Origin: Mobula birostris | Lineage: Eukaryota | Direction: 5' to 3' | Length of the DNA: 64,000 nucleotides | Assembly (NCBI RefSeq): GCF_030028105.1 | Contig: NC_092380.1 | Location: forward strand, 63,919,717 to 63,983,716 | Shown here: positions 39,840-52,639 of the stretch, piece by piece | Position numbering within the stretch: position 1 is the stretch's first letter | How the letters are laid out: every line of letters starts with the position of its first letter | Position numbers and translations under genes: made by a program | The notes under the pieces: generated by a model | What the model saw: the letters and a program-made list of their open reading frames with translations, nothing else | Told to the model about the DNA's origin: nothing | Databases searched by the model: none

Positions 39840-40180
39840 TTTCAGAAGAATGTGAGGTGATTGATCACACTGAAGTATACAAAACTGGTACAGGGCTTGA
39901 AAGGGCAGGTATAGGGATATTATTTTCTCTGGCTGAGTTATTTGGAACCAGGACACATAGTCTCAAAATAAAAGTGTGGGCATTCAGAGCAGAGGAGAGT
40001 AAACATTTCTTCAGCCAGATGGTAATGAACTGTTGGGATTCTCCACCCAAGGTGCTTGTGAATGAAAATTTACTGAATATATTTAAGGCAGGGATCAATA
40101 AATATGTGGAAGTTAAGTGAATAAAGGATACTACGTGAAGCAACAAAGCATTACTGAGGCAAAGAAGCTAAATGGTCTAT
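39840..40180 (+). mobile_element. Old CR1 3' fragment
   Basis: EVYK...TRTHSLKI...FFSQMVMNCWDSPP remnant. Confidence 0.65.
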
Positions 40181-40948
40181 GTTAGAGAATATTCTGGAGT
40201 GATGTCAATCTTGCTGGTATTAATTTAAGCAAGGACCAGTCTGGTTCTGAATGTATATTATAAATTGCAAGCAGTAAATTGAAGTAAAAAGCACACCTTT
40301 GCACAATCTGTGGAGAAGGGGTTGGCCCGGAGATATGGTTTGCAAAATGGTAACAATGAGGCTTTCTCATATGCATCAGCCAAATGTTATGACAATGGGG
40401 TTGTGCTAATTGGCCTGCATAAAACCAGGCAACTGTGGGTTTAAGTCATTTGCACCATTGTAAACAAGTTCAAGGAAGCTGGCAGTTCCGGCTGATGTTG
40501 TTTCACTATGTGTGCATACTGTACCTCAGTGTGTCCCTATCTGTGTAAATGCATGATCTTTCCATTCCTCTATCTGTTTCCAGCCTCCAATTTCAGTTGC
40601 CAAGTTGCAGCTGTTAATATAAACAAATTATTTTGTGACTGATCTGCCAGTAAGTGGGTGTACTGCTTTTGTATCTTGGAACTAGATTCCCAAACTGAGA
40701 CAATCTGGTTTAATCAGGAGTGATTAGAATGAACGAATTTGTACAATTGATGGGATGACTGCAAAAGGAATGTTTTAAATTAGTTCCCGTTTCCTTTTCC
40801 ACCTGTATGTTAATGTTTGATGCATTGTTCTGTGACCAAGCAGTGTAAATATGTTGTGATTAAACAGTTTATGATATCATAAGCAGTCAGATATAAAAAT
40901 GTTTCCAAGGCTACCAGCCTTCCCATGTTCGTACTGCTTAAAAAGGTG

Positions 40949-41287
40949 TGTGTGTGTGTGTAGCCTCCATCAGTCGTCGGCCATGGGTACTGCACCTCTG
41001 GTAGCCACTGGTTTGTCGAGCAGCGTCGACTGTGGCTATTGAGGCTGATCCTGGAACGCTAGGCTCTGCCACAGTTGCTGCATGTGTAGGGCATTGTGGA
41101 ATTGTTGTCCGCTGTCCGCTGTGCTCTCCGTTTAGCTCCCCACTCCTCAAACTGACTCAGGATCACTCTTTCACCTTGCTCCTGGTGTTGCTGAAGAGTA
41201 GCTCGCCATTTGTTGCGGTCATCTGCTGTATCCTCCCAGCACTCTGTGTTGATTTTTAAGGCTTTCATGTCGCTCTTGCAGAGGTCC
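40949..41287 (-). mobile_element. RTE-clade LINE 3' end
   Basis: Minus-strand CKSDMKALKINTECWEDTADDRNKWR...YTCSNCGR..RSRISLNSH (RTE C-terminus with Zn-finger-like motif). (CA)n tail. 10-bp TSD TAAAAAGGTG. Confidence 0.8.
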
Positions 41288-42546
41288 TAAAAAGGTGATA
41301 GGACCAATAACTTTACTGTATTTGCTGCTAAGCAGCTTATAAGTAAAATAGGGTGGGGAGCTGAGTGGGGAGGAGTGGGATTTCCAATTAACAGCCATCC
41401 TTTTTTTTAACCTGAAAATTGCCAACCAATTGGGAACATTGAGTCGAATCTTACATATCCATTTGCTTGTACAGTTTTCTGAAGTAGTTAACTGTAAAAG
41501 TTAACTATGTTAGTTGTAGGGCCCTGATTACAATTTTCCTGTTGCAAACTAAGTTACACTTTTTTTCCATTCAGTGGGATAAAGTCCTTAAAGAGGTTTC
41601 TGGACTCCCCCCATCCCAAACAAAAAGTTGAAGCCCCTTCTAGCCCCCCCCCAATCTAGACTTCTGCTAACCAGCTTTCACACCATTCCCAACCAGACCA
41701 TTTGGTTCTACTGGTCAGCCAGTCAGCATTGTGAAGAAGCAAGAGGTGATGGGTGACCATTTGGCTTCTGCAGCTTATCGGCAAATTTGCCTGCAGATTT
41801 GCATCATGACTGTGGGCTGTCACTATAAACACTGTGCCCATTTTTGGACCTCAGGTATCTTGAGTATGGATCTAAAGTTGCCTAGTTTGGCTGGTTAAAT
41901 GTAAAGCCAATCATGACATCACTGGTTGATTTGGTTTCCATGGAGAAATGATTGGCCGATCAGGCTCATTTTGTGTTTTATTGTCTGTAACTCTGAGCAA
42001 TGTTGCTTATGTGGAACAACGCAATAAACTAAGATAAATTTCAGCTCAGCATGCTGTCAGTAGCATTTTGTCATAACTAATGTTGAAGTTTCAGCTATTT
42101 TATTAATGGGATCAGGTGTAGTATATCCAACATTGCAGATGATACAAAGCTTAGTGAGAAAGTGAATAAGATGGAAAAAAGGTTCAGGGGATATCATCAA
42201 GACATAAGATCATAAGACATGGGAACAGAATTCAGTCATTTGGTCCATCAAGTCTGCTCCGCCATTCAATCAAGGCTGATTTATTGTCCCTTTCAACCCC
42301 ATTCCCCTGCCTTTTTCCTGTAGCTTGTAACACCCTTGCTAAAAACTATTAAACTCCGCTTTAAATATACCCAATGACTTTGCCTCCATAGCCAAACGTG
42401 GCAAGAGGGATGAGAAGAACAGTTGGTTAGAAGAAATAGTCAGATGATTTCAATACATAATTCCTTGTTCCCTAAGAATTAGGATAAAACTGTTACATTT
42501 TGTATCTTGATTCCATTTATAGATATAAAACTCTTTTGAACACTGT

Positions 42547-43347
42547 TGTCACACCTCGCGATCAGGTGTGGGTAGGTGTGCCCCATGAGGGTCACCATTT
42601 GGAAAATAAATGGTAAGCTGCAACAGCACATTAGTGCAAGCAAGGGGTTTTATTTAATGCCAGATGAAAAAAGTGCAAAAGCTGCCCAAAAATATTTACA
42701 AATAGACAAATGAAAACATTTTGTATGTAAATTTACCAATATCCAGAGCCTTTTTCCAAGACACAATTTTTCTTCAACTTTCCAACAGAACTATTCTCCA
42801 ACCATCAACTCCAACCTCCACCCCTTTCTAGCAAAGCCAGGCTGAGGGTTTAAATCCTCAGATGGACCAGGAAGTTCTGCTGTTGGTCAGGAGTGGATGG
42901 TAATCATATGACCAGACCATAATAAGTATTTCAAATGCAGAATTGGAACATTTTAATCAGAAATTCTAACATCCTACAGTTTTATTCCACAACAAACGCC
43001 TTAGTTAAACCCATAGATCAGTGTCCCCATGCTCAGGTGAATATAAAAGAATAATGTCTCCCCACCAGTGTTGTTGCTTGTGTAGGGTATAGTGCGCCTG
43101 CTCACACTAACCCAGGCATTATTTTAGGACGCCCCAAACTGTCCAATGGGTCCTTGGGGGCCATTCTGCTGTCTACAAACTGATGTAATGGTGTGAGTGA
43201 AAATAGATGAAAGCCTGTGTCTAGAAGCCTTATTTTTATGAGTTATAAACCAGTAGGGCATGTTAACCGAAGGGATTGTTTTGGTCAACCGAGCTCGCAA
43301 TTGTTTTACAATCGGGAGAATTAGCATCGGCAACCTCTTCTGTCACG
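42547..43347 (-). repeat. 3' LTR of the Gmr1-like element
   Basis: Follows the G-rich PPT on the minus strand. AATAAA at ~42649-42654 on the minus strand. Ends in TGTGACA. Confidence 0.85.
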
Positions 43348-46300
43348 TTACCCGCACCACCCCCCCCCCCACCTCCTCTGGATTACACAAGGTGGGCGAT
43401 TGGGAGAGGATGTACTGTCCTGCCTTATGACAGATGTTGAAATGGAACACTTGTAGAGCCAGCTTCCATCTCAAGATGCGAGTATTTGGTCTTTCATGGA
43501 GTGGATCCAGGCGAGTGCTTTGTGGTTCATCTCCAGAACAAATTCTCTGCCTAGCAGGCAATACCGGAGGCTCTACAAAGCCCATTTTATGGCAAGAGCT
43601 TCCTTCTCAACAGTAGAATACATTGTCTCTGTGGTAGCAACTTACGACTAAGGTTGTTTTCCATCTTTCCCCTGGGCCAGGACTTCTCCAATCCCCACTG
43701 CTGAGGCATTGACTTTGATGGTGAATGGCTTGGTGAAGTCTGGGCTGATGAGGACCAGTCAAGAACACAAGGCCTCCTTCAGAGTTACAAAAACTACCTT
43801 CACCAGACTGGATTCTTTGTGGACTTCAGAGTCAGTTCTATTAGTGGGACTGCCAAGGTGGCAAACTGAGGGATAAAACGGCGAGAACACCCCATTAAGC
43901 CCAGGAAGGACCAGACCTGTTTCTTTGTGCAGGGCCCAGGACTATTTCCGATGGCCTTGACCTTGTCGACCAGTGGCTGAACTAATCCTCGCCTTAGCTG
44001 GTAGCCCAGGCACTGTGTCTCAGCGTGGGCCCACTCGCACTTCTGGATGTTCAGCATCGAGCCAGCGGCTGCAGGTTCCTTCAGGACATCCTCCAGGTGG
44101 TCCTCCCAGCTGGTACTGAGGATGACTACATCATCCAGGTAGGCTATACAATGCTTCTCGCTCGCATCACACGTGGTCAGTCAGCCATTGGAAGGTCCCT
44201 GGGGCCCCATGCCACCTGAACGACATGACAGTGAAATGAAAGAAGCCAAGGGGAGGGCTGAAAACAGTGCACTCACCAGAATCCTTTACCAGCAGAATCT
44301 GTCAATAACTCTTGCAAAGGTCGAGGATGGTTATAAACTTGGCATGGCCCAACCTTTCCAGCAGCTCATCAATCTGTGACATGGGGTAGGCACTGAACTG
44401 GGAGACGGTGTTGGTTTTTCAGAAGTCAATGCAAACCCTCAGGGTCCCATCAGGTGTAGGCACACTGACCCCAGGGCTATACATTCACTCTCAGAGGGCT
44501 CGATCACTCCCAGGTCCAACATGGTGCGGATCTCAGCCTTGAGGCGTTCCACCAACCTTTCTGGGACTCGATAAGGTCACTGCCGGAAGGAAGTGTTGTC
44601 CCTCAAGCGAATGGTTTACGCTGCCACTGTTGTTCGGACAGGGCGAGACTGGACGAGAGAGGGGTATTGCTGGAAGACGTGGTTCAGCCCCTCCTGTTGT
44701 TGAAGGGTCAGATGGCCCAGATTGGGCTTTGGAGAAGCACTCCAAGTCTGCAGGTCTTTTGTCATCTGTCCCCCGTCTTCCTCCACCTGTTGGACCACCC
44801 AGGAAAGCTTCCGACCCTCTCCTTCCTTCCACTCCCTCAGCAGGTTGACATGACATATCTGAGAAGCCTTTCCTTTCTCTGGATGGAGCACTTCATTGGT
44901 GACTGGACCTTGCTTCCTTTGGACTTAAGAGGCCCCTGTCACCTGGCCAAGAGCTTGTTGGTGGAAGTGGGAAGTAATAGAAGGACCTTGTGACCAGTGG
45001 TGAACTCACCTTACGGTCATACCAACTCTTCTGGTTCTGCTGGTCCGGCTCCAGATTGTAGCGAGCCTCCTCTCTGTAGGCCTCCAGGTGATCCCTCATT
45101 TGTTAGACTTGGGAGACAATGCCCTCACCCCTGCTGTCTTGGCACTTGTCCTCCCACTGGAGGTGGAGAAAATCGAGGGGTCCCTGAACAACAGGAGCTC
45201 AAACGGGGAGAAGCTGGTCGATGCCTGGGGAACCTCCCAATATGCTAAAAGGAGGAAGGACAGCTACTTCTCCCAGTCTCTCCCTGTGTCAGACACAAAC
45301 ATCCTCAGCGTGCTCTTGGGGGTCTGATTAAACCTTTCGACAAGGCTGTCAGTTGAGGGTGGTAGGGTGTGGTGCAGATACTTGAAATACCAGCTGATGA
45401 TGTAATTGAGACACAAGACATGAGGTGAAATTGGTGCCCTGGTCAGTTAAAATTTCTTCAGGGAAATCCACACGGGAGAAGAGTTGTACTACGGCAGCAA
45501 TGATTTTAGAGTTGGTGATGGAATGCAGAGGGAAGGCCTCAGGGAACTGGGTAGAATAGTCACAAATGTAACAGAAACCAGAGCTGCTTTTCTCTAGAGG
45601 TCCTACAATGTCCGTAGCAATACTTTCGAATGACGTGGTTATAATGGACAAAGGCTGCAGAGAGGCTCTGTCAGTGTGTTGGATGTGGTGGGTCTTTTGG
45701 CACTCAGGGCAGGAAGTACAATACTGCTTGACATCAGCATACACTGATGGCCAATAGAAGCTGTAGCTTACTATTGGGTAGGTTTTCTGCTGACCCAAAT
45801 GGCTGGACCAGGGGATGGTGTGAGCAAGATGTAAAATGAGGGGCCTGCATCAGATAGGTGTTACCAATCGGTTGTCAGGACTACTTGCCAGATATAAAAT
45901 ATAATTTTCCAGCATGTAACTATTTTTACAGCTGTAGGAGCCTTGTCATCCTCCCCCTTCACCTGAGAATACAGAGGAGCCAGAGAATGACCTCCTCGCT
46001 GAAGGGCAGCTAGGTTTGTGGGGACCTGTCGTTGATCTGTGGGAACCTGCCACTGATCTGTGTAAGGTTTGTGGTGTTCGGTGGGTGGTCAGGTGTACCT
46101 AATGCTTTCTCCAGGTGCAGCTTCTGACATGATTTAAGTGGGCCTTTCTTACCCCCTCAAATAGGTTATCAGACATTTTTGGCAGTGGCTTCACCCCAGC
46201 TTTGGTTTGGGACTGTGTCAACACAGGGCAAAACAAGATTGCAGCGGAGTCAACATTACCGAGTAAATTTACTAAGGCCAGTAAATCTCTACCAATGACC

Positions 46301-47830
46301 ACATCTTTTGGCAGGTCATCAACCATGCCCACCCACAGTAGGTATACATTGTCCGACACCCCAAGAGTAACATCAGCGGTAGGGTACCTTTTAATATCCC
46401 CATGTACACATTAACTCATAGTATGTTTGCAGAAATCAACAAGATTAGGTGGTACAAATTCTGTTCTGACCCAGGTATCCGTACTTCCTGTATCCAAGAG
46501 AGCATGCAACATCTGCCCATTCACCAAGACTGGTATTTCAGCAGAACATTTTACCTGGTTCTCGCCCCTTGCAAGGTTAACAGCCACCCCTGCCTCTAGC
46601 AATGAGTCATCCCCTTCCTAAGGACATAATAGCTGGACAGTTTAGGGTTTTTTTTAAAAAAAGAGGACAAACAGAAGGTTTGTGACCAGCTTGTTGACAG
46701 TAATAGCAAGTTAGGGGAGCTCTAGGTTTTACATTGTCTTCGGTGTCTCTGATTTGTGGACCAGAGTTACCTGCAAGTGTTTGCCACTCCGGTGACTGAG
46801 CAGGAGATGATAGGGGTTCTCCTCTCTGGGCGTTGGTGTACCGCTGGGCCAGCTGCACCACAACCAGTCCATTGGAGGGCTCGTGTTCTTGGACCCAGGT
46901 ACGAACACTCCGCAGCAAGACCTACAGCAGCTGCTCGAGGATGATGAATTCCCCGATCTCTTCCTTGCCATGGACCTCTGGCCTTATCCAGTGCTGGTAG
47001 AGTCCTTTCGGGTGGTGGTAGGCCTCTGTTGGAGACCCTCCAGCTGGCACAGACCTACTCTGGAACCTCAGTTGATAGATCTCTGGTGTTATGTTGAATT
47101 TTGCCTCCTTCGGCTCAGGGTAACAGTTGGACTTTTTCTCATCCATGGCTTCCAACGTTCTAGCAGTCAGGAGAGGGATGAGTCAACATGCCCACTCCTC
47201 CAGGGGCCACCCCCAAGTCTCGGCCAGCCGTTCGCAGGAGATAATTCTCGATATCCTCTCCCTCTTGGGTTCTGGCCAGTAAGCAAAGGCTTGGCTCAAG
47301 TGCAGGAGAGGGTGAAGGCACCGGTTGCTGGGAAGGTACCTGTGGTAGCTGTGAGGGCCGGTCTTGCATACCCAAAGGCCCAGATAACAGAGAGCGCCGG
47401 GAAGCTGGTGGTGGAAGCAGCATTCTTGGGCTTCTGCTCTCCGAAGGGACTGGAGACGCTATGAACCTTGGAATCCCTGATGTGGTGGGTGCTCCCGGGT
47501 CAACACTTGTCTGGTGGTGGAGCTCTGCTCAGGCTGGTTCGTAGCTCTCAGAACTCCTGCAGAAATATTTCTTCCCAGGCCTGCTGCATGGCAATGAACT
47601 GCCAAGAAGAGCTGCCAGTTCCGACATAACCACAGACTTCCCCGGCTCCTTAGAAGGACCCCAATGTGTCTTGGGCCATGCACCTTGGGCCACGTACTCT
47701 TTTTCAGACCCCATCATGTCCCACTGTGTGTTCTCATGAGACTCCGTCCCCGGAGCATCTGGCTTAACTCTGGTCTTCCGTGAGTGCAGACCAGCTCTTT
47801 TTGACATCCTCACCCCTTTTTAGCTTCCAC

Positions 47831-47847
47831 TCCCACCGCTGCCACCA
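47831..47847 (-). other. Primer-binding site complementary to tRNA-Leu 3' end
   Basis: Minus strand TGGTGGCAGCGGTGGGA, 2 nt from the 5' LTR. Vertebrate tRNA-Leu(AAG) ends ...TCCCACCGCTGCCACCA. Confidence 0.85.
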
Positions 47848-47849
47848 TC

Positions 47850-48796
47850 TGTCACATCTCACTATCACAAGGGTCACCAGTTGGGAAAAAACAGATGGTA
47901 AACCATAACAGCTCGTTCGTGCAAGGGGTTTTATTTAGTGCTAGATGAAAAACAAGTGCATAAGTGGCCCAAAAGTTGTGAAGAGAAAAAGTATTTACAA
48001 ATAGACAAATGGAAACAAACATGTATATACATAAATTTACCAATATCCAGAGGCTTTCTCCTAGACACACTTTATCTTTTAACTTTCCAATATAACTCTT
48101 CAACAACTGTCAAATCCAACCTTTACTCCTCTCTAGCAAAGCCATGCTGAGGGTTTAAATCTGCCTCCACCTGGCCTACAAGGAACAGGAAATTCTGTTG
48201 GTCGGGTTGGATGGTAATCATATGACCAGACCATAATAATTATTTCAGGTGCAGAATTGGAACATTTTAAACAGGGATTCTAACATCCTACAGTTTTATT
48301 CCGCAACAAGTCCATGGTTAAACCCATAGATCAGTGTCCACATGCTCAGATGATTGTAAAAGAATAATGCCTCCCCACCAGTGGTGTTGTCTGTGTAGGG
48401 TGTGGTGTGCCTGCTCCCACTAACCCAGGCATTATTTTATGATGCCCTAAACTGTCCCTAGGGTCTTTTGGGGCCGTTCTGCTGTCTACAAACCGATATA
48501 ACAGTGTGAGTGAAAATAAATAAAACAGTTTGGAATCCTGGGCCTAGAATCCCCATTTTTATGAGTGATAAGCCAGTAGAGCACATCAACTGAAGGGGTT
48601 GTTTGGATCATCCAAGCTAGTGATTGTTTTACTGTTGGGGTGTGTAAATGGTGATCTTCCAAGAACTGCAGAATGGGAGGGCAAAGTTTGTGAACTACAG
48701 GGAAACCAGACCAGGAACAGAATGAGGAGGAGTGATTAACCGGACAAAGGGGCAAGGTTAGTGGGAGAATTAGCATTGCCAACCTGTTCTGCAACA
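47850..48796 (-). repeat. 5' LTR of the Gmr1-like element
   Basis: TG...CA ends. Co-linear with 42547-43347, but carries an extra ~130-bp block at ~48635-48765. Confidence 0.85.
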
Positions 48797-49170
48797 ACTG
48801 TATTCCATCTGCCACATCCTTGCCCATTCTCCTAATCTGTCCAAGTCCTTCCAAAGACTCCTTATTTCCTCAACATTACCTGCCCCTCTACCTATCTGTG
48901 TATCACCCACTCACCTGGCCACAAAGCCATCAATTCTGTCACCCAAATCATTGACAAATAAGCGGTCCCAACATTGACCTTTGTGGAATACCACAAGTCA
49001 CTGGAAGCCATCCAGAAACAGATCTCTTTATTCCCGCTGTTTGCCTGCTGCCAGTCAGTCAATCTTCTATCCATGCTATTATCTTTCCTGGAATAATACC
49101 ATGGCTCTTATCTTGTGTAGCCACCTCATGTGCAGCACCTTGTCAAAGGCCTTCTGAAAATCTAAGTAAT
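48797..49170 (-). mobile_element. CR1 RT fragment
   Basis: Minus-strand DFQKAFDKV and SGIPQ-type remnants, similar to the CR1 copies upstream. Confidence 0.7.
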
Positions 49171-49794
49171 ATGGATAGATAATGATTGATCTTTCCAAAT
49201 GAGTTAGCGTGACAAGTATGCATACTTTGTTTTTTAATGTTTTTCATGGGCTGCGTGATAGCGCTCCCTCTATGACCCAGGCTGTGGATCGGAACTCTAT
49301 TCCAGGACTGCCCCATATAATCTAGACTGTCACTTCAGTGCAGACCCAAAGGAGTGCTGATTGTCAGAATAGCTGCATTTGAGATAAGATATTAAACTGC
49401 TGATTTATCTGCTCCTTTAACTGGATGGAAAACTTCCTGTGATGTTCTTCAGAGAGGAGTGCAGATTTATCTTGTTGTCTCAATCAACAGTTATCTCTCA
49501 AAATCCTGTGTGCAAAAGAGATCGTAGTTACTTTATTCACTTCAATTTGTGGACTTATTCAAGACACAACATGAATATTCTGCTAGCACCCTGTCTGAAA
49601 TTTCCAACTCAACAAAAACTATTGCCAGTAGTGTAACTCATTCTTGTTGATCTGTGCCTGTATCTTCCGTGTCTAGATATCGAACAGGAGCAATCCTTTG
49701 ACTGTGATTATCTTGGAATTTTATGGCAGAAAATATATTATTAAATCAGACTCTTCTGTCAAAGGTCCAGGGACCTCTGGTGAAGGTCTGTAGT

Positions 49795-50220
49795 CGTTGT
49801 CGTCGTGGCTATCCCTCGAGGTTGAGGATGATGGTTTTCATTCTGAAGAAGAAGTGGCCCACAGAGGGAAGACGCCTGTGCGTGTATTTGTTTAACGTGT
49901 ACTTGATGTTGCACTCCAAGAAGCACACGATACTTCACAAATCAACCAACTGATTCCAATGGCATGGAAACCATGACGATTGGAGCTGCTGGATTTGTTG
50001 CAGCCTTCATCTGCCTTCACTGCCATTGAGTTTGAAGTAACCTCGTCCGCCTGGTCCACTGTTGAAGTCTTGGTTGGATTGTTCTTTGTCAGGGACCTCA
50101 CCCTCGACCTTACTGCCATGGGTGACCCCACCAGGAGCATAGTTCCAGATGGCGTTGCTCTCAGGATCACAGGATCACACAAGCTTCTCCACCATGACAA
50201 GGTGACAATCCACGGAGAAG
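49795..50220 (-). mobile_element. RTE-derived bipartite short retroelement (426 bp)
   Basis: Perfect 11-bp TSD AGGTCTGTAGT. Minus-strand 5' end GTCACCTTGTCATGGTGGAG...CTGGTGGGGTCACCCATGGC (RTE 5' UTR-like). (ACG)n tail. No RT coding sequence. Confidence 0.8.
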
Positions 50221-52639
50221 AGGTCTGTAGTACAGCTATGCCAAGTAAATTATGGAACAGCCAAGATTGGCTCAATATAATATATAATGTTAAATTCAAA
50301 ATTGGTGTTTTTGCAAGTCCAGGCTGTCCTAAGCAGAAGGAATGGAGAATTTACACAGATTCAACTTGTGCAGGTGCAAGACAGGACCATACAGAGCTGT
50401 GGAGATATCCAATTTAAACTGTACAGGGAGACTATCTACTCAATTTTACTGATTCTACCATCACTCCCACACAAGGGCTCTTACTGGGGCTCATTCAACA
50501 AAAATCAGAACTGAAAACTCAACATCATCCGGAGCTGGTGTGTCTAGATATGGTTCTGAAAACTCCCTGACTGGGATCTGTCGTCTTGACATTAACCCTT
50601 TCAGTGCTGCTTCCTTGATTTTCTTTGAGATTTTGTTCTTGATTTAGAAAGAACAGTAACTTCACTTCAACATAATGCAGTACTGTGTGAGGTGTTACCA
50701 GGTCATGTATAACTCAGATGTACCACTCCATCCAGCAAAACAGGAGTTTTAATTCAGAAGCAAACTTGGCTTTACACAGTCCAATCAAGCACAACCCAGG
50801 AGCTAACACTGATTCCAGTGTTACTGTAACCATCACTTAAATCCTTTGTATTGAGGATTTCAATATTTGTCAAATGCTGTGGATTGGTCTTTACTCAGAG
50901 ACTATGCACAGCTTCATAATTAATGACTAGCTTCACTGTTTATTGCAAATATCATTCAGTTCCCTGGATGATTAGACAAACCAGAACAGTATGATTTTGA
51001 TTCCATCTCTCAATATGACAAAATGGGGTTGTTAAATATTAGCTGATGGTGTGTGATAATCAGAAATGAATAGGGCAGATATGTTTCTCCTCATTATGTT
51101 AGAGAGCGGCTTTGTTTTGCCACAAGTCTCTGCTGTGCTATTTCCACATACTCCTTCGATGGACCTTTAGCACATTTTTATGTCAGTGTGTTATGCGCTT
51201 AAAGCTGATGTTAGGACTGCCAGTCTAAATCATATGACATTCATAGAACATAAAATAGATGGAAAAGAAGACAACGTATGGAAGCATGAGGAGCTTAAAC
51301 AATGTTATTGGAGTTTAAAAAGATAAAGGGACTCGTCAATTTGATAAGTGACTATATACCTCTTACATTGATTAGGGTTTTTCATTTGTTGCTGCTGATT
51401 ACGAATTGGATGCTGTAACATTGCCAATGATAAGCATCATGATTGTCATTGAAATGAGGAAAGAAGTATAGTGATAGTGAACCTCTCACCGATTTAAAAT
51501 TGGTTCCTGCAGAAAGGTACAGATTCCAGCAGTTCTAGAACATCAAGGGCAAATTATCCCAGCTGCTGCTGTTAATACATAAGGATATTCCTTTTCACCT
51601 GCAGTTGGATGCCACTGTATGCGACTCCTAGGCTCAATTGCATGCGGTGAGTGCCTACCCACCATTACAAAAACTGGCCAAGCTCCCTGATGGCTTCAGT
51701 GATTTGTACTACCTCGATTAACAAAGCATTCTGTGCTCAAATGAAATAAGACCTAGAGCAATCCAGGCTTGTGCTTTCAAGTGGTAGGTAACACTTGCAT
51801 CATACAACAATGAAGAAAGACTCTTATGAGCTCCCCAGGATACCAATGGCACCATCATGGTTACCTTGGAGGTTATTGTTATCAAAAATCAATGAGCCAG
51901 CCTTAAACATTATAGCTACTGGAATAGATCAAAGGCTAGAATTCTGCATGACTGATCCAATTCTTTATTCCCTATATTTCTTCACCTGAAAGCACAAATC
52001 ATATGTATGATCGTATACAATCAACACTACTGCAATCACTGCTGAACCACTGCAGCTGAAGTCCGCTCTGTGCTTGTTAACCCAACTGTCACCCCTTTCC
52101 TAAACCACGACCAAATTATAACTGCAGCAGTCCTGAGTTGCAGAGAAGGTAGGGGTTGGTATTTCTTAAATGTTTTAAAGGTATTAGTACCTTAATGGTA
52201 TATATTACCTAAATTCTATACAAGCACACAGTTTCATTTACACTGTTGACCTAATGATAGTGGCAAAAGCAGGGGGGCATACCAAGGCATATGTTGAACA
52301 CAGCAAGAGATTTGCATTAGTCCTTCAGCACTGATGTTATCAAACCAATCATGGTGATGGGCATTCTGCTCTGCACCCTTGTTACTTTCCAAATGATATT
52401 AAACATGGATGATTCATCAGTGGATGGTTGGTGCTAACTAGAAGTTTCTTTTTTATATATTTCATTCAACACAATGATACCTCATGGAATCTGAGGTCAA
52501 TGTTGAGGGCCTCCTGGACAATGGATTACTTAGTACAAAGTGTGACCCTGAGCAGTAATTGAACATTAACAGGAGATTGTAAAAGCACCTTCACACTATC
52601 TAACACCAACTCATCATCGACTGTGTCACAGAGCTTCAT

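Larger units (their letters stand above)
42547..48796 (-). mobile_element. Full-length decayed Gypsy LTR retrotransposon, Gmr1-like (gag-SCAN, PR, IN, RT, RNase H)
   Basis: LTRs 47850-48796 (5') and 42547-43347 (3'). TSD ACTGT (42542-42546 / 48797-48801). PBS 47831-47847, PPT ~43351-43379. Peptides in minus-strand order: IILEQLL/VRTWVQEHEP, CYYCQQAGHKPSVC, LLDTGS, FYWP...CTSCPECQK...TDIVGPL...LTDQGTNF, then RT/connection (KKQVWSFLGL...RRFIPQFA). Many frameshifts and stops. Confidence 0.92.

Noticed and set aside
47831-47847. tRNA-Leu-like sequence
   Set aside because: Only the 3' 17 nt including CCA are present, next to an LTR. It is a primer-binding site, not a tRNA gene.
42547-48796. Possible link to retroviral RNAs reported to regulate myelin genes
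   Set aside because: This is a Gypsy/Gmr1 element rather than an ERV, and nothing in the sequence supports such a function beyond its location.
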